This document shows, one piece after another, positions 38,626 through 51,618 of a stretch of DNA of 64,000 nt. The stretch spans positions 65,472-129,471 of the forward strand of contig MU619268.1 in the NCBI GenBank assembly GCA_025201805.1, read 5' to 3'. Source of the DNA: Parasitella parasitica NRRL 2501 (taxonomy: Eukaryota > Fungi > Mucoromycota). A program made the translations under genes and the position numbers. The notes below the pieces were generated by a model. The model did not search any database. It saw nothing but the letters and a program-made list of their open reading frames with translations, and was not told the DNA's origin. Position 1 is the first letter of the stretch. The number at the start of each line of letters is the position of its first letter.

Positions 38626-39337
38626 TTATTGTCCAGCAGTTTGCTGTTGCTCTTTCTCCTTCTTTGATTCAACTGCCACTCTCAAGAAGCCTTGCACCTT
38701 TTCTACTGCTTCTAAGCAAAGATCATGACTTGAAAAATACTGTCAAAGAACATGTTTTTGTTAATAGCCATGGAAATGCACATGTTTCCTACGGCGTACC
38801 TGTTTTTCATCAAACAACCCTTCTGAATCAGATAATAGCACCAATGGTTTTGTATTGACGTTGTCAAAAGCAAACGTATGAACTGATTTAGCATTCTGCG
38901 GGACAAAAATAAAACTAGTGAGCGATAACAAAGGGCCATTTCACCAACAAACCATACCTCCAGCTCGCTCGCAGTGGGATCCAACACTAGATCGTTTGTC
39001 TTGCCATCAATCATGACTGTGGCAGCAGCAGCCATGTACTTCATGGGTATACCAGCATCCAACAGGGCCAATGTGATGGCGTTCACTGCAGCAGCCAGGA
39101 TAGCACCATCATCTTTTGTGATTTGTACAACAATTTGTACAAGAGTGCGGGGGAGCATTCCACCCAAAATAACAGGCTCAAATGCAGTACGTAAAACGCT
39201 TTCCATGAGCTTTTCCTTGGTAGTAGACACACCCTTGGCAGGTCGAACAACAACCTCTACCGTAGCTTCGTCCAATTTCTCGTCACGAATCTGAACATCC
39301 ATGGGACCTGATACTGAACAAATGACGGATGTGGAGC
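38626..39337 (-). CDS. RRP46: Exosome RNase PH-like subunit Rrp46/EXOSC5 (5' exon lost in the N gap)
   Basis: SVICSVSGPMDV..RDE..DEATVEVVVRP..G, PRTLVQIVVQI..DDG, NAITLALLDAGIPM, LVLDPT..E. Confidence 0.9.
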
Positions 39338-39881
39338 CTATGAACTACACATGTTGACATCCAATTTTTTTTTTTTTTTTTTTTTTTNNNNNNNNNNNNN
39401 NNNNNNNNNNNNNNNNNNNNNNNNNNNNNNNNNNNNNNNNNNNNNNNNNNNNNNNNNNNNNNNNNNNNNNNNNNNNNNNNNNNNNNNNNNNNNNNNNNNN
39501 NNNNNNNNNNNNNNNNNNNNNNNNNNNNNNNNNNNNNNNNNNNNNNNNNNNNNNNNNNNNNNNNNNNNNNNNNNNNNNNNNNNNNNNNNNNNNNNNNNNN
39601 NNNNNNNNNNNNNNNNNNNNNNNNNNNNNNNNNNNNAAGTGCCATTTCCGGTCACATTAAATAGGTTCAGGAGCGAGTTTTGCATGACATTTTTGACAGG
39701 GCAATCCCAATCGTTAAAAATCCACGTTTTGCAAAAAAGAGCTGTAGACAGCAATTACAAGCGGCATTTTGCACTTGAGTGGAAAACTAATGTTTATATA
39801 TTAAGAATAGGAAAAAAAATAGTAGGAATAGTATTAAAAAGATATGGAGTAGAGGCAAGGAGTGGGAATAAAAAGAAAAAA

Positions 39882-42648
39882 CTATTTGTGTCTTGTTACG
39901 AACGTCTTGTTCAAGAGACCCAACGTTTTGGTTACATTCAATCGCACATACTCTAGATCAAGTAGTTCAACATTGTCTTGTTGCTATAGTAGGAATAAGG
40001 TTAACCGTCGTCAGGAACAGCAGCTTCAAATAACATACCTTTTCAAGTAGATCATCAAGCTTCAAATCCATCTCTAGAATAGGTTTATCGCGCCCTTTAA
40101 AGTGCATTGCAATGATAAATGTACCAGGCAAAGGAGAAGTAATCGAAAAGTAGATGTTGGGCCGTCTATTTTCAGGCACCGTGCTCTCTGTAATAACACC
40201 ATCCTTCTCCAAATGATTGTGCGAAAACTTGAAGGGGCCCTTGGGCGGGCCTTTCGGCGTCTTTCTAGGTTTGCCGCCTTCGATTTCCACTCCAATGCCT
40301 ACAGAGTTCTTTGTGGTCTTTTCACCACCACTCTGTATTCTGACATTTTGAAGATACGCCTTGTAGCTTTCCAGTTGACTCTTTAGATAGTTGTTGTGGT
40401 CCAAGATGGTCTTGTACACACCTTCCAGTGATTCGGATTCTTGTCGTACTTTCTCTTTCAGATTACCAAGATGCGCCAACTCCTGCGTTATTTCCTCTAC
40501 CAACAGTTTGTAATGGTCTCTATGATCTATGACGCCTGCGTCTTCCAATTCTCGTAGCATGTCCTTTACTTTGATACCCTTTCGTACTAACTGTGCGTCT
40601 TTGGTAGTGGCTGCTGTTTCTGCCACGTAATCTAGATCAAGCGGTGCTGATGCTAAATGGGGAAGAGAACGAATCAATTGGACGTAGATGGCTTTTGTCT
40701 CCATGTACAGAATGTCGTTTTGTGTAATGTTGTTTTCAGACATAAGAGCAGTCGTGAGGTCTTGTCATGGAAATGGTTAGTTTTGTATACATGTACATGT
40801 AGTTTCCCCCCCCCCACCACCACCACCACAAGTAAGCTTTACCTTGAATAGGAATCTCCCAGCGGCTGAAGAGGGGCAGATCGATTGTTTTGTTTTCTTT
40901 GCGGGACACCTGAGCAGGTACAGGAGCAAGGTCGTTCACCAAAATGCGAAGGTGATCCTTTTCTTTCGGTGCGATGATGTCCAGATGACGTTGAACAAGG
41001 GTATGAGTGCTGTATATTTCGTTGAGGGTAATGTTGATATCAATGTCTTTCTTGCTGAGCGCCATGTACTGGTCCATTTCCAAGGTCTCGTAGAAATCGC
41101 TCACTTCGCAAAGCTCGTTCAAGAATTTGTTGATGCGCTGCTTATTTTTCTCCACAAATGGGTTTGTGGGCAGCATATAACTTTCTTTAGCGTAAGAGGG
41201 TCTGTTTGCTAAATTCTGTAACATTTTGGCGATCTAAACAATAGCAGTTAACATCTCTCCTTTTTTTTTTTTCCTTTTCCAGCTCACTCATTTACCAAAG
41301 TTAGTGTTCTTCTAGGCGCATTGCCAGGTGCAGTTTCTAACAGCATGTATGCTCGCGGAGTGACAATTGCAGGATTGATAAATCGTAAAAAAAAGAAGCC
41401 GCCAATCATAGAGCACACGGAATACTCTGATGCATCTGGACTCTTTCGTTTCGTTAGCGAGCGGATTTGTTTGCAGATCCATCGAATGCCATATGGCACA
41501 GATGTAGTTGACGATATGATAGTCGTCAAAAAGCTCTCGGCAATTTCGATCAGTTTCTCTAGACGGGGCTGGATGATGCTTTGTACGTTTTCGTTCTCGG
41601 CTGCTACTTCTGGGGTCACGCTTCGAGGCAAATCTTCAGGAAGCGAGCCCTTTTCGCTTTCGATTTGCGCCACCATCTGCTCGTACACTTTGAGAGGGTT
41701 GATCTCGAGGTTAAGCTCTTGATCTTCAGCCAAATCTTTGATTTTATCTGATAATATCGACTTTAAATATGCTTGGCCTGGCCCTCTTCTGGTGTAGGTA
41801 GTCATCATCCGAGAAACTGGTGTATTTGCACGTAATAACGAGCCAAATTCTGTCGATGTTTCAAATTGAGCAGCCAAAACATTCTACAAGGGAACGCTCA
41901 GTCAGCTGCGAAATTTTGCAAGCTACAGGAATAGGACTTACTTGGAACATGGTCAATAGCAAATGCTCTTCACGGCTTTCGTATTGATTACCGTACAGTG
42001 TGAACATTACAGTCTGCAGTAACGTATCGATCTCTGACAGGCTTACAAGTCTACAAAGTGTTGCTATATGTCGAGGTTCGCTCTGGAGAATGAAAAAGAA
42101 GTTTCCATAGAGCTGTATTCGACGATCATCGGGAAAAGAGTCGCTATTCTCGACGCCATGCTCCTCCAGATGAGAAGCCATTTCGTTTTGCTGTTTTAAA
42201 CTGTGAGTGCTGTGTTACTAGTCAATAAATGCAATCCTTTCAAATACCTCATCCAGAGCAATTCGATTCTGAATCAAAAGAGCGATGCGAGAGTCAAGGT
42301 AGCGTACGTCTCTCTCCAGCACAAAGTTCTTTTTTGACTGTCCAGAGATCTTTGATTTCAAATCACGTAAACTTCTTTGGACTACCAATTCATTGTTAGC
42401 GCTGGTTTATGATGCCGAGATGCCTACTTACCTTGTGCTAATTCATCCTCTACTTCATTGTCCTGCTCGGCCGCCATAGAGTAAAAGGCAGATACTGAAT
42501 ACCTCTTTGAATTTCGGCCTGATTTGCCTCGACTAGAGTGATGGCTATTGGCAGCAGCAGCAGCAACAGCTCTAGAGACTATTTGACTAGCACCAGTATT
42601 GCTAGGATAGCCATATGCCTGAACCATGCCGTTCTTTCGATCAGTCAT
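39882..42648 (-). CDS. Ras GTPase-activating protein (Sar1/Gap1-like; RasGAP plus RasGAP_C)
   Basis: [23 protein letters not shown], arginine finger [59 protein letters not shown]. Confidence 0.93.
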
Positions 42649-42770
42649 AAATCAAGAAGTTCTGGCAAACGTTGTCTTTGTACTTGAGAAAGCGGAAAAA
42701 GCGTATCCGTCAAAATCGACTGCTTACAGACAAAAAGAAAAGAAAAAAAGAGAAAGAGAAAGCGAGAGCG

Positions 42771-42814
<44 letters not shown>

Positions 42815-44001
42815 CAAAAATGGAAAGTTGCACAAAACTAAAATTATGTTACCTCTTATTATCCTCTCCCTTTCTTTTCCATTGACTTGACCTCCTTTTT
42901 CATCTGCTTCTTTTGCATGATATCCAGTATGATTTTATCTTGAATAATCGATCTCTCGAATATCAGCACGACAAATACCAGTTGCATAGACAGAGACTAT
43001 GATTATTCAGTTTTTTCTTTTTACCCAAACTGACATGAGGTTGCCAAAACATCAACTTTTTGATTTTGGGACAACTCCGCCTAATTGCTGCATTCTAATA
43101 TTCCAATAGCTAGTGCATTTCACATGAACCAAATCGCATGGTATTTTGGAAATAAAAAACGTCAGTTTAAAAACTAATCGAGTCTATCTGCTGTGCTCAA
43201 AACAGCATATATTGAGAGAACAACGTATCTCACTCTCCTTTGCTCCCCTGATATGCGAAAACTAAAACAAAATCAGTACTGTACCTGTGTGTACGGGTAA
43301 TAGATAGTTATAAAATGAAGGAGAAGAGGTTGATGAACTACAGTGTCATGGATCTAGAGTTAATTTTATCTCATAAATTACTAGCGCAAGCGTATAAAAT
43401 TTGAAAGAGACTACTTTGTATTGATGTTTAAAGAAGGAGGGGTGGGGGGAAGAAAATCAACATTATTAGATCTATTATACCACAGGAAAAAGAGTTTAAC
43501 CCATGGCACAATGTGCCCTCCCTTATTTGTGATTCTTGTAATACATTACACTAAAATTAGGGGAGAGGGGTTTGCCAAAGCCAAATGTCAATTAGAAAAA
43601 TTCTGCGTAGATCAAGTTTAAGTAAATATTTGGTAATATAACAATGGAAGTTTGAAGTAAACAGAGACACCTTGTTTCCGTGCTCCTTATGCCACACAAA
43701 GCCTTTGATTCATAATATCTTTTGCTTAGTTATTGTGAGACTACAATCCCTTGCCTTACAACATCAAAGCATTTGTATTTAAAGATATTATATTGCATAT
43801 TAAGAGATGTGCTTTAACTCTAGTGTTGCACGTTTTGTTAGCATTGTTTGTTGAGTAAAAGACATAACGCTAGCTTTAGCGATCGAAAAACGCGAACAAT
43901 TTGAATTTTAGCGATCCGTCAATTTCATACCAGCTTTTCTTTTTCAACCATAGACGAAATGTAACTATATATTTTCTCAATCATTCGCTCAATCTGAATA
44001 T

Positions 44002-44002
<1 letters not shown>

Positions 44003-44042
<40 letters not shown>
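44003..44042. repeat. (CA)20 microsatellite
   Basis: Direct reading. Confidence 0.95.
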
Positions 44043-44044
<2 letters not shown>

Positions 44045-44203
44045 AAATTGTATATATAAAGCGTATTAAAACTACTTTTGCAAAAGCTGGGGAAAGGATT
44101 AGACTATCAGGTCATGGAAAAGTTTTAGAGATCGCTTGACATCTCGGCGATATTCACGTCGGAAAGCTTGATGTTTCTTTGTATTAAAAGACTTATTTGT
44201 GTC

Positions 44204-44241
44204 TAAAGTTTTATGAGTATAAAGTTTTATGAGTATAAAGT
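44204..44241. repeat. 16-bp tandem duplication (TAAAGTTTTATGAGTA, about 2.4 copies)
   Basis: Direct reading. Confidence 0.9.
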
Positions 44242-46850
44242 CAGGGACAAAAACACATGACGTTGATCACATGAAGAGAGCATATTTTTGAATGAATACC
44301 ATACGTAATCATCGCACGATACAGCGATCATATTTGACAGTTGGCACAGTGTATAATACATCAAATCAAGAGAAAGCCTCATAATCTTTACCCACTTGTA
44401 TATCTCATAAAATTGTGAAAAGAACGACTGATGGTGGATTATTAACAGCTTAATCGACTTCTATAAAATGCCGTTATGTATGTATTTCTAAAGATACTAT
44501 AAAGCCCTGAAATTACTGATTTTGCAGAAGAAAATCAACTATTGGCTTCTTTTCATGCATGTATTAGGGGCAATAGAGATATTGCTTTCATACATGTCAC
44601 TATACTATGGTTCGGATTTTTGTAATATTATATACAAGTAGCTGAATACGGCAGGACATAAATATTTAGCACAAGTTATCTGTTACCGCGAGGGTACAGT
44701 CTTAAAATTTAGGCTCTATAAGTTAAAATGGTGAATTGCAATTTACGCAGTAGAAAGCTATATTTTACTCAAGAGTCAAGTGATTTAGGACAACAAATAC
44801 CCAGAAAACGTAAGGTTATTGCATGCATTGGTATAATTCAAATATGCCTTCGCTTTGTAAAAACCTATTTTAAAAAAAAAAAGCATCTTGGGTCAAAAAA
44901 GTACATGATCATATGTGTTGCATGTAAAATGTTTTCCAAGGCCACAGTTAATCTAAATCGAATCGCATTGATTACAGAGTTTCTCTTTACAACATTAACC
45001 TGAAAAATTAACTAGTTGTAATGTTTTTCATAAATATAAAACTATCACAGAAGTATACAGCTTTCAGTTATAAACAAAGCTATTGACTGCAAAGTATTTT
45101 GTGATGCAAAGACTTTTATTTAAGTTTGCAATTTTGACATTTTCTAAACACTTTTAAAAATCACGAACTTTTAATCAAGTAGATTAGAAATAGGTGTTTC
45201 TTCTTGAAAAAAGGAACAATATCTTCTCCCTTCTACGGTTTATATACAACATCATGTTAATTTCTCTCAAAAGGATAGAAACATTTATATTAAAAAGCTA
45301 AGCACTGTTCCATCAAAATTGCCATTATATTCTTTTTTTTTTTCAGAAACTGCAAAATCACAGTAAGGGGACGCAGCGAAATGTATTGTGTAAAATGATT
45401 CATGAAAAAACATAAATAGGACTTTCTCTGAATAAAACCAGATACAAAACTGAAGAATCTTATTGACATAAGATGTGATCTCTATTTATACTAAAATGTG
45501 TCCTAATCAATGTTTATCACCGTAACATTTGATGTTTGACAGGATGTGTCAAACATCATTAAATCACAGCATTTCCAGGAACAGACCTATTATTTTTCTA
45601 TTTTACATTAAAGAAAAGATGTGGGGCAAGATGTCCCCCCGTCATCCCGCGATCTGATCTTGATGTAATCTCTGAATAAGCCAAGAATCTTGTAAGAGGT
45701 TTAGTTACAACTTGTAGCCTTTTCCTTGTTTGTAAAAGAATTAACAACAATGAATATCACGATCCGTAAATTATAACTAATCTTAGATATGACATATGTA
45801 GCCTTTATATGAATACAGCAACTACATTAAACAATTAAAAAAAGTGAAAGGCATATTGTATTTGAAATCGAATGGTAAACATGTGAAATGCCCAGTCTGA
45901 ATTTATGATGCGATACATAAACATGTTACCTAAACAACAACGTATAGGATAATGATATTTGTTTTTGTAGAAAGGCATGAGATTAAATAATTATTACTAG
46001 ATGGGTGATTCTTTGTATACAGTGCCAAGGGGTAGGCTATTGATGTGCACTAATGTTTAATTAACGTGTTATTACTTAGCATGTTCAATGTTTAACCATG
46101 ATGGCAAGTGCATTTCCTTATCAATACAATCATTGGTTTTTGTGTCTGATTTTACTCTTATAATTTATACACTTTTTTGAGCATATTATACTTCTGTATC
46201 CTCTTCGCATAATAAGCTTCATACGAGTTAGCTCAGATCCTGTTGTATATCTAAAATTGAGTTATAAACAATCTGCAATAATATTATAATTGACGGTTCT
46301 ACCCGTAACTTGATTACTCGATAATTACGATTCAGCACCGTATACGAATGCGGTGCCTATCACGTTTAGTGTCATATAGATCAGCCGCATTTTTAGCAAG
46401 ATTCAATCAATTTGGATGCGAAACCCGGTACGAGACTTGAATTGCTTATCCATGCTATTTAATTTTTGTGATTTGCTGAAATAACAAATTTTTTTTTAAA
46501 CAGTGAAATTCGTTATACAGTAAATGATAATATGTCAGACTCTATTATAAAATATTTTATTTCCTCCCAAATTTAAAAGGTAAAATGAGTGAATGATACT
46601 AATAATTGAGTGAAAGATACTGAATATTTCCCGGCATTTGAGACAAAATGAAGTCCTGACTTGCCACCAAATCTCGTTCATTGTTAGAGCCCTGAATTTA
46701 GAATTCATGTGTAAATCTTCACATTTTCAATTTATTCGGTTAAAAAAATTCACATCAACCACTTTTTTCGCTAGTAATATATCATCTTTGTCATTCGCTT
46801 TTAATGGTTACAAAAGACACCGTATTGCTATTGATGATTGAGAAGAAAAA

Positions 46851-47945
46851 ATGTCAGATCAGTCAGTGTTGCGAAATAATCAGCACTTGAACAGCCAATT
46901 TACTTTCGTGATGCATGCAATCAACAGCAATTATAACAAAGAAGTTGGGTATAGCTCTTAACATAATTCCATGTTCAATGCAATATCCTTTCAGTTGCAA
47001 CAGCAAAATGAACAACAAAGACAGTAAAAAAGACAGTACAAAACAGCAACAAGACATAATCCAAACATTGACAACAAGCCAGCAATCTATGAAATAGCAG
47101 CTACAGCTTGCTTTGGCAGGCTAAGGATGCGGTAGACTGATAAATTGAGAATTTTGAACCAACACAGATAAAAACTGGTTCTAAACACCACATTCCATCC
47201 AAAACTAGCAAAGAAGACAAGATTTAAGTTTTCTTTTTTTAGCTTTATTGGATGCCTGCCAAACATGAAGTTCAAAAAAAGACAGTTAGAATGTTATGTT
47301 GCAGGCTCAACCATCATCAACCCTCCAAAGCCATTCAGTGGGCTTCGAAGCAAAGTCCAGACACCCAAAGAGAAAACGAATTACTGGAATGCCCTGCAAT
47401 TACAATTTCGAATCTGTCTTCTACGCTAAATTGTACATTGCAGAAAGCGAAATGGAGAATATGATGAGCTGTACATCTCTTTATTGAAAAGCACTAGAAT
47501 ACCTAAAGGAGTAGTGCAAGAAGCAGAAGCAAAAAGCAAGAGTCCAGGGAAAATTACAATAATCTTAAACACCGTATATACATAGAATAAAAAGGCTGCA
47601 AGTCCAAAGAAGAATTATGAATACTGGACAGACTTTGTGGAAGCTGATGTTTTTGAACACTTGACTCTACCCCGCGCTCTCACTTTAGGCTCTAAGCAAA
47701 TCAATCAAGATATCGGCTTGGCTACTTTAAAAGACGGGTACAGAGTTTTAGAGATGGAAAAGAATCTAGGAAAAAAAAATAATGCTCAAGACAATGTGCC
47801 GCGACCAAGTCTCAGCACTTGCTGGTCTTGGTTGCCTTTTGTTTGGAATAACTTTCCCAAATCCCACCACTGCCAAGCGCACACAATTCAACAATTTAGC
47901 CCTATATTTTTTGGCTCGCCTTTCGATGGAGGCAATACTCTTTGA
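46851..47945 (+). pseudogene. Decayed ORF (Gln-rich coiled-coil start, many stops), probably a transposon or gene relic
   Basis: MSDQSVL..*..FQLQQQNEQQRQ*..QQQDIIQTL and later EYWTDFVEADVFEHL in shifting frames. Confidence 0.3.
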
Positions 47946-48121
47946 AGGTAAGTAAACAAATATAAAAAGTGGGGATAACTCAATATTAATCGAGCGCTGC
48001 ATCTTTGACTTTGGGTAAGTGACATTACGATTTGTAAATTGTTTATAAAAAGTGACCAAACTCATCTGTTTCTTCTTTCGGAATTTAGCTTGCTATACCG
48101 TTACAGTATGATTTACTTGAG

Positions 48122-49195
48122 TTACAAAGAAAGCAGAGGTGATGATAGAGGTATAGATTTGAGAACCTGCTCGTAAACCAAAAAATTAAGTGAATGAATA
48201 GGAAACGCACGAAGTAATGTAACATTCAGTCCTCTATAAAGACCCTTGATCCCATTCTTCTTTGACAATGATATTGCACAATCCATGAATCCACTATATC
48301 TAGGTTTTGTCATCATAATATCCTTTTGTACGTTGGTCTTTACTGCATCCAAAGGAAAAACAATTAGCCAACTCATGATTCCGCAAAAACCACCCGACAT
48401 GAAATGAGTCATTGGGCCAGCTGAAGATCCCTCTTTTGATAATATTCGTTTCATTGATTCATATCCACCAAAGTATATGGCTGTACCCAACGCATCTCTA
48501 GCTATGTGCATAGTGCTGATGAGTGAAAATTCTGTAGCTGGTTATATTTTGAATAAATTACCCGAATGGCAGGTTACCCCACTCCATAACCCTAATACAC
48601 CTTTCCGTTGTACAATTTGTTCAACAGCTCTCCAGGAAGACGCTTGAACTACTTTATTTGCTGACACTTGACCAGCTTCTATTTGATTTTTCAACATGAC
48701 TTGCTCCAATTGTCTTTGAATTTTGACCAACTCTAACGGGCAACTCAATAGTGCTATGAATGCACCACTTGCACCACCACTAAGCGATGATACCTTGAAT
48801 ACGTTCGGAAGGGTGTCGTACTTGTATCCTCCATCTTGTAATAATGATCTTTTGGTGCCTTCATAGATTGAAAAGGATACCGATTTAATGATACTAACGG
48901 TGACCAAAGGAGGAATCATTCCTCTAAAGAAGCCTCTGGCACCCTCTTCGGCGTAGGTCACTTTGACACATGATAGAATAGATGGGTAGTGATGTGTTTG
49001 CATTCGAGTTTTTACAGAGTCAAACTAAGCGATTGTCATAAAAATCGATACAACTTTTAACATTGTGAAACTTACTGGAAAACCTGCTAACACAGAGATC
49101 CAAGCAGCACAAGAAGCTGCAATGATAGTTCTATTTGCTATTAATTTTTTTTTTTTTAAAAAAAAAAAAAACGGTTAATAGAGTACATAACAACT

Positions 49196-49281
<86 letters not shown>

Positions 49282-49427
49282 TACATTGTAGAACTTTCTC
49301 TCTCGTTGTTAGAGCGTTGGTATTGAGTCCATTTACCTCGACTTTTTCATCTCTATTTTTGATTATCAGCTAAAATCAGTCCTCAACAAAGCATAAACAG
49401 ATCGAACCTAAAGTCTTTGACAGACAT
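48122..49427 (-). CDS. Mitochondrial carrier (SLC25; carnitine/basic amino acid carrier-like)
   Basis: Three signature motifs: P|FDSVKTRMQ, PLELVKIQRQ, PLDAVKTNVQ; RDALGTAIYFGGYE, RAFPIHS; start MSVKDF inferred at 49427 through spliced exons. Confidence 0.9.
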
Positions 49428-49629
49428 TCTAAAATATGTGAGCGTATAATTATTTGAAACCTATTTTCTCAGTTGAAAAAGATCAAATTAGGGAAAGAAA
49501 AAAAGATACCAAAAAGGATACAGGACTAATAAAAAAAAAAGCTTGTTTTGTCCGGCCTCAGTGCAGGGATTGTCTTGACGAGTTATTGCTATTGAGATTG
49601 TGACCCAGCATTTCTTTCGCAGTTTTCTT

Positions 49630-50866
49630 ATGGCATCTGCGCATTTACGACAAGAAGTCTTGGATAAATTATATAAAATTCTTAAAGATCCATTAACTTA
49701 TGGAGATAGGAACCTGCTGCATCTTGTAAACGAACCTAAAGATGGGCTTGTATCTGTCAGATTAGTTCATAGTATGACCCACTTACTCGACCCTTATCCA
49801 GTAAAATATGTTGAGCATTGCTTACAGCACGATTCTGAGCAACGTTTTAGACTGAGCATTGATTTTACTAGAGTGGGACTCAAGGACAACGCACAGTATT
49901 ATGAAACAAATGCACTAGGGTTTATAGAAGAGGACCTGGAGGATGTAGATACAACTATACCCCAAGAAGTTCGACCTGTTATTTACGACAATGGTAGATT
50001 CTACATTGACGAGGAACACACTCGACTACATAGGGCTTCAAACAAGCAATTTTTCGAATATGATAGAGTTGATGTAACGCCAATTGGTAAGTTACGTTCT
50101 GTAAACATGTATGAGTAAGTCTCTTTCATTATATAATTGAATTCGAGCATTTGCCTAAGCGTCTGCATCCTGTAGGAGACTATCATGTTATAACTGTGGT
50201 AGAAGCGGACACCATGTTCGAGATTGTATTCAGCCGATAGACTACAATCGGATCAAAAGACAAACGGACAGATTATTTAAAAGTGTGGAAAGGGACTCCA
50301 TGCAACCTGGTTTACTATCGCAACGTGTGAAGGAAGCTCTAGACATGTCAGAAGGAGACGAGCCTCCGTACTATAGTAAAATGAGGCGTTACGGATACCC
50401 GCCAGGTTATTTAACACATTCTAGTAAAACAAATGACACTGAGATGCCTTTGTTGAAGGTGTACGATGGCCAATATGTGATACATACAAAAGATCAAGGA
50501 AAAAATGAGCAAACCCACTCTATTCGTTCCGTTGAGTATCCTGGACTGTATACCCACATTATACCAGAGCAGTCCGAGAGAGAGCGCAATCCTGATCCAC
50601 CCACTGATGAGCAGATGCACACTATCCAACAGCAATGGAATGAATATTATCACTACTATTATTTACAAAATTACCAGCATACTTATTACGCCTCAGAACC
50701 GTTGCCCCCAGGAGTCGAACACGAGGCAAATACCACAAATACGCAAGCTTTTTTAATAGAAAACTCGATAAACCCCATTGATCTCACCGTACTAGGCAAT
50801 GATAATGATAATGGTAATGATGATCAAAGTGTTGATATGGATATATCCTCCGGGGACGAAGGCTAA
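49630..50866 (+). CDS. ZCCHC8-like protein (zinc knuckle plus PSP domain) with N-terminal La-motif-like region
   Basis: CYNCGRSGHHVRDC knuckle; PSP domain PGLLSQRVKEALDM..DEPPYYSKMRRYGYPPGY; VEYPG; intron ~50087-50175. Confidence 0.85.
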
Positions 50867-51189
50867 AAAGTAACTTTCACGTCTTTGTGAATATACCAAG
50901 TAAATACAATAAAGCCTAATTCATGTTTCAATCTTTCATTTGTTTTGCCCATTTTCTTCTGGTTTCGAGAGGTTGCAAAATAGGCTCCTTCCATTTGGTG
51001 ATCCCATTACTGTTCCCCCATGTTCAAGTAGCTAATGAAGTTTGGAAGCGTGCTACTGAAACATCAAACCAGGCGAAAGCTACAAGTCACTGTATCCTGG
51101 TATGTTCCACTGGAATTGTATCTTGGATTATTTTCCGTTTTCTTTCGTTCCCCCCCCCCCTACACCATCATTAAACGATTTGTAATTCA

Positions 51190-51561
51190 ATGGTATCTAC
51201 TGACAGATATTCTGCCATTCCCCGGGAAGAGCCTGATCAGGATTCAGAAACTGGATCAACGGCTCATCGGCTTACTTCAGAACAAGCTTCAACCTCACAA
51301 AATACGAGTTGGCATGCAAAATTAAAGAAATGGTGGACGCAGCATTGTGGAAGTACCAATTCAGAAACTGCACCATTTATCAACAAAAATCGCATGACTT
51401 TGGAAGCTCCCAGAAAAAGTGTATTACGAATTGGTATTGAAATCATTGTTATCGTAGGTATATTTGCATTGGTTGCCATGGTTATTTTGTTGTCAATGGG
51501 TACTTTGGACAATCCCTCAGGTTGGTTGCGTCTTGGCTCTGCATTAACATAGCATGAATTG

Positions 51562-51618
<57 letters not shown>

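Noticed and set aside
39283-39956. ORFs spanning the N gap
   Set aside because: Artefacts of translating Ns; the RRP46 first exon probably lies in the gap
43551-43560. MEF2/Rlm1-like CTA(A/T)4TAG site upstream of the RasGAP
   Set aside because: A single AT-rich match is expected by chance
14941-50866. Apparent cluster of RNA-metabolism genes (SmB, EDC3, RRP46, ZCCHC8-like) and vacuolar genes (LAMTOR1, VPS18, Vps70-like)
   Set aside because: They are interspersed with unrelated housekeeping genes over tens of kb, with no shared motif seen; consistent with chance
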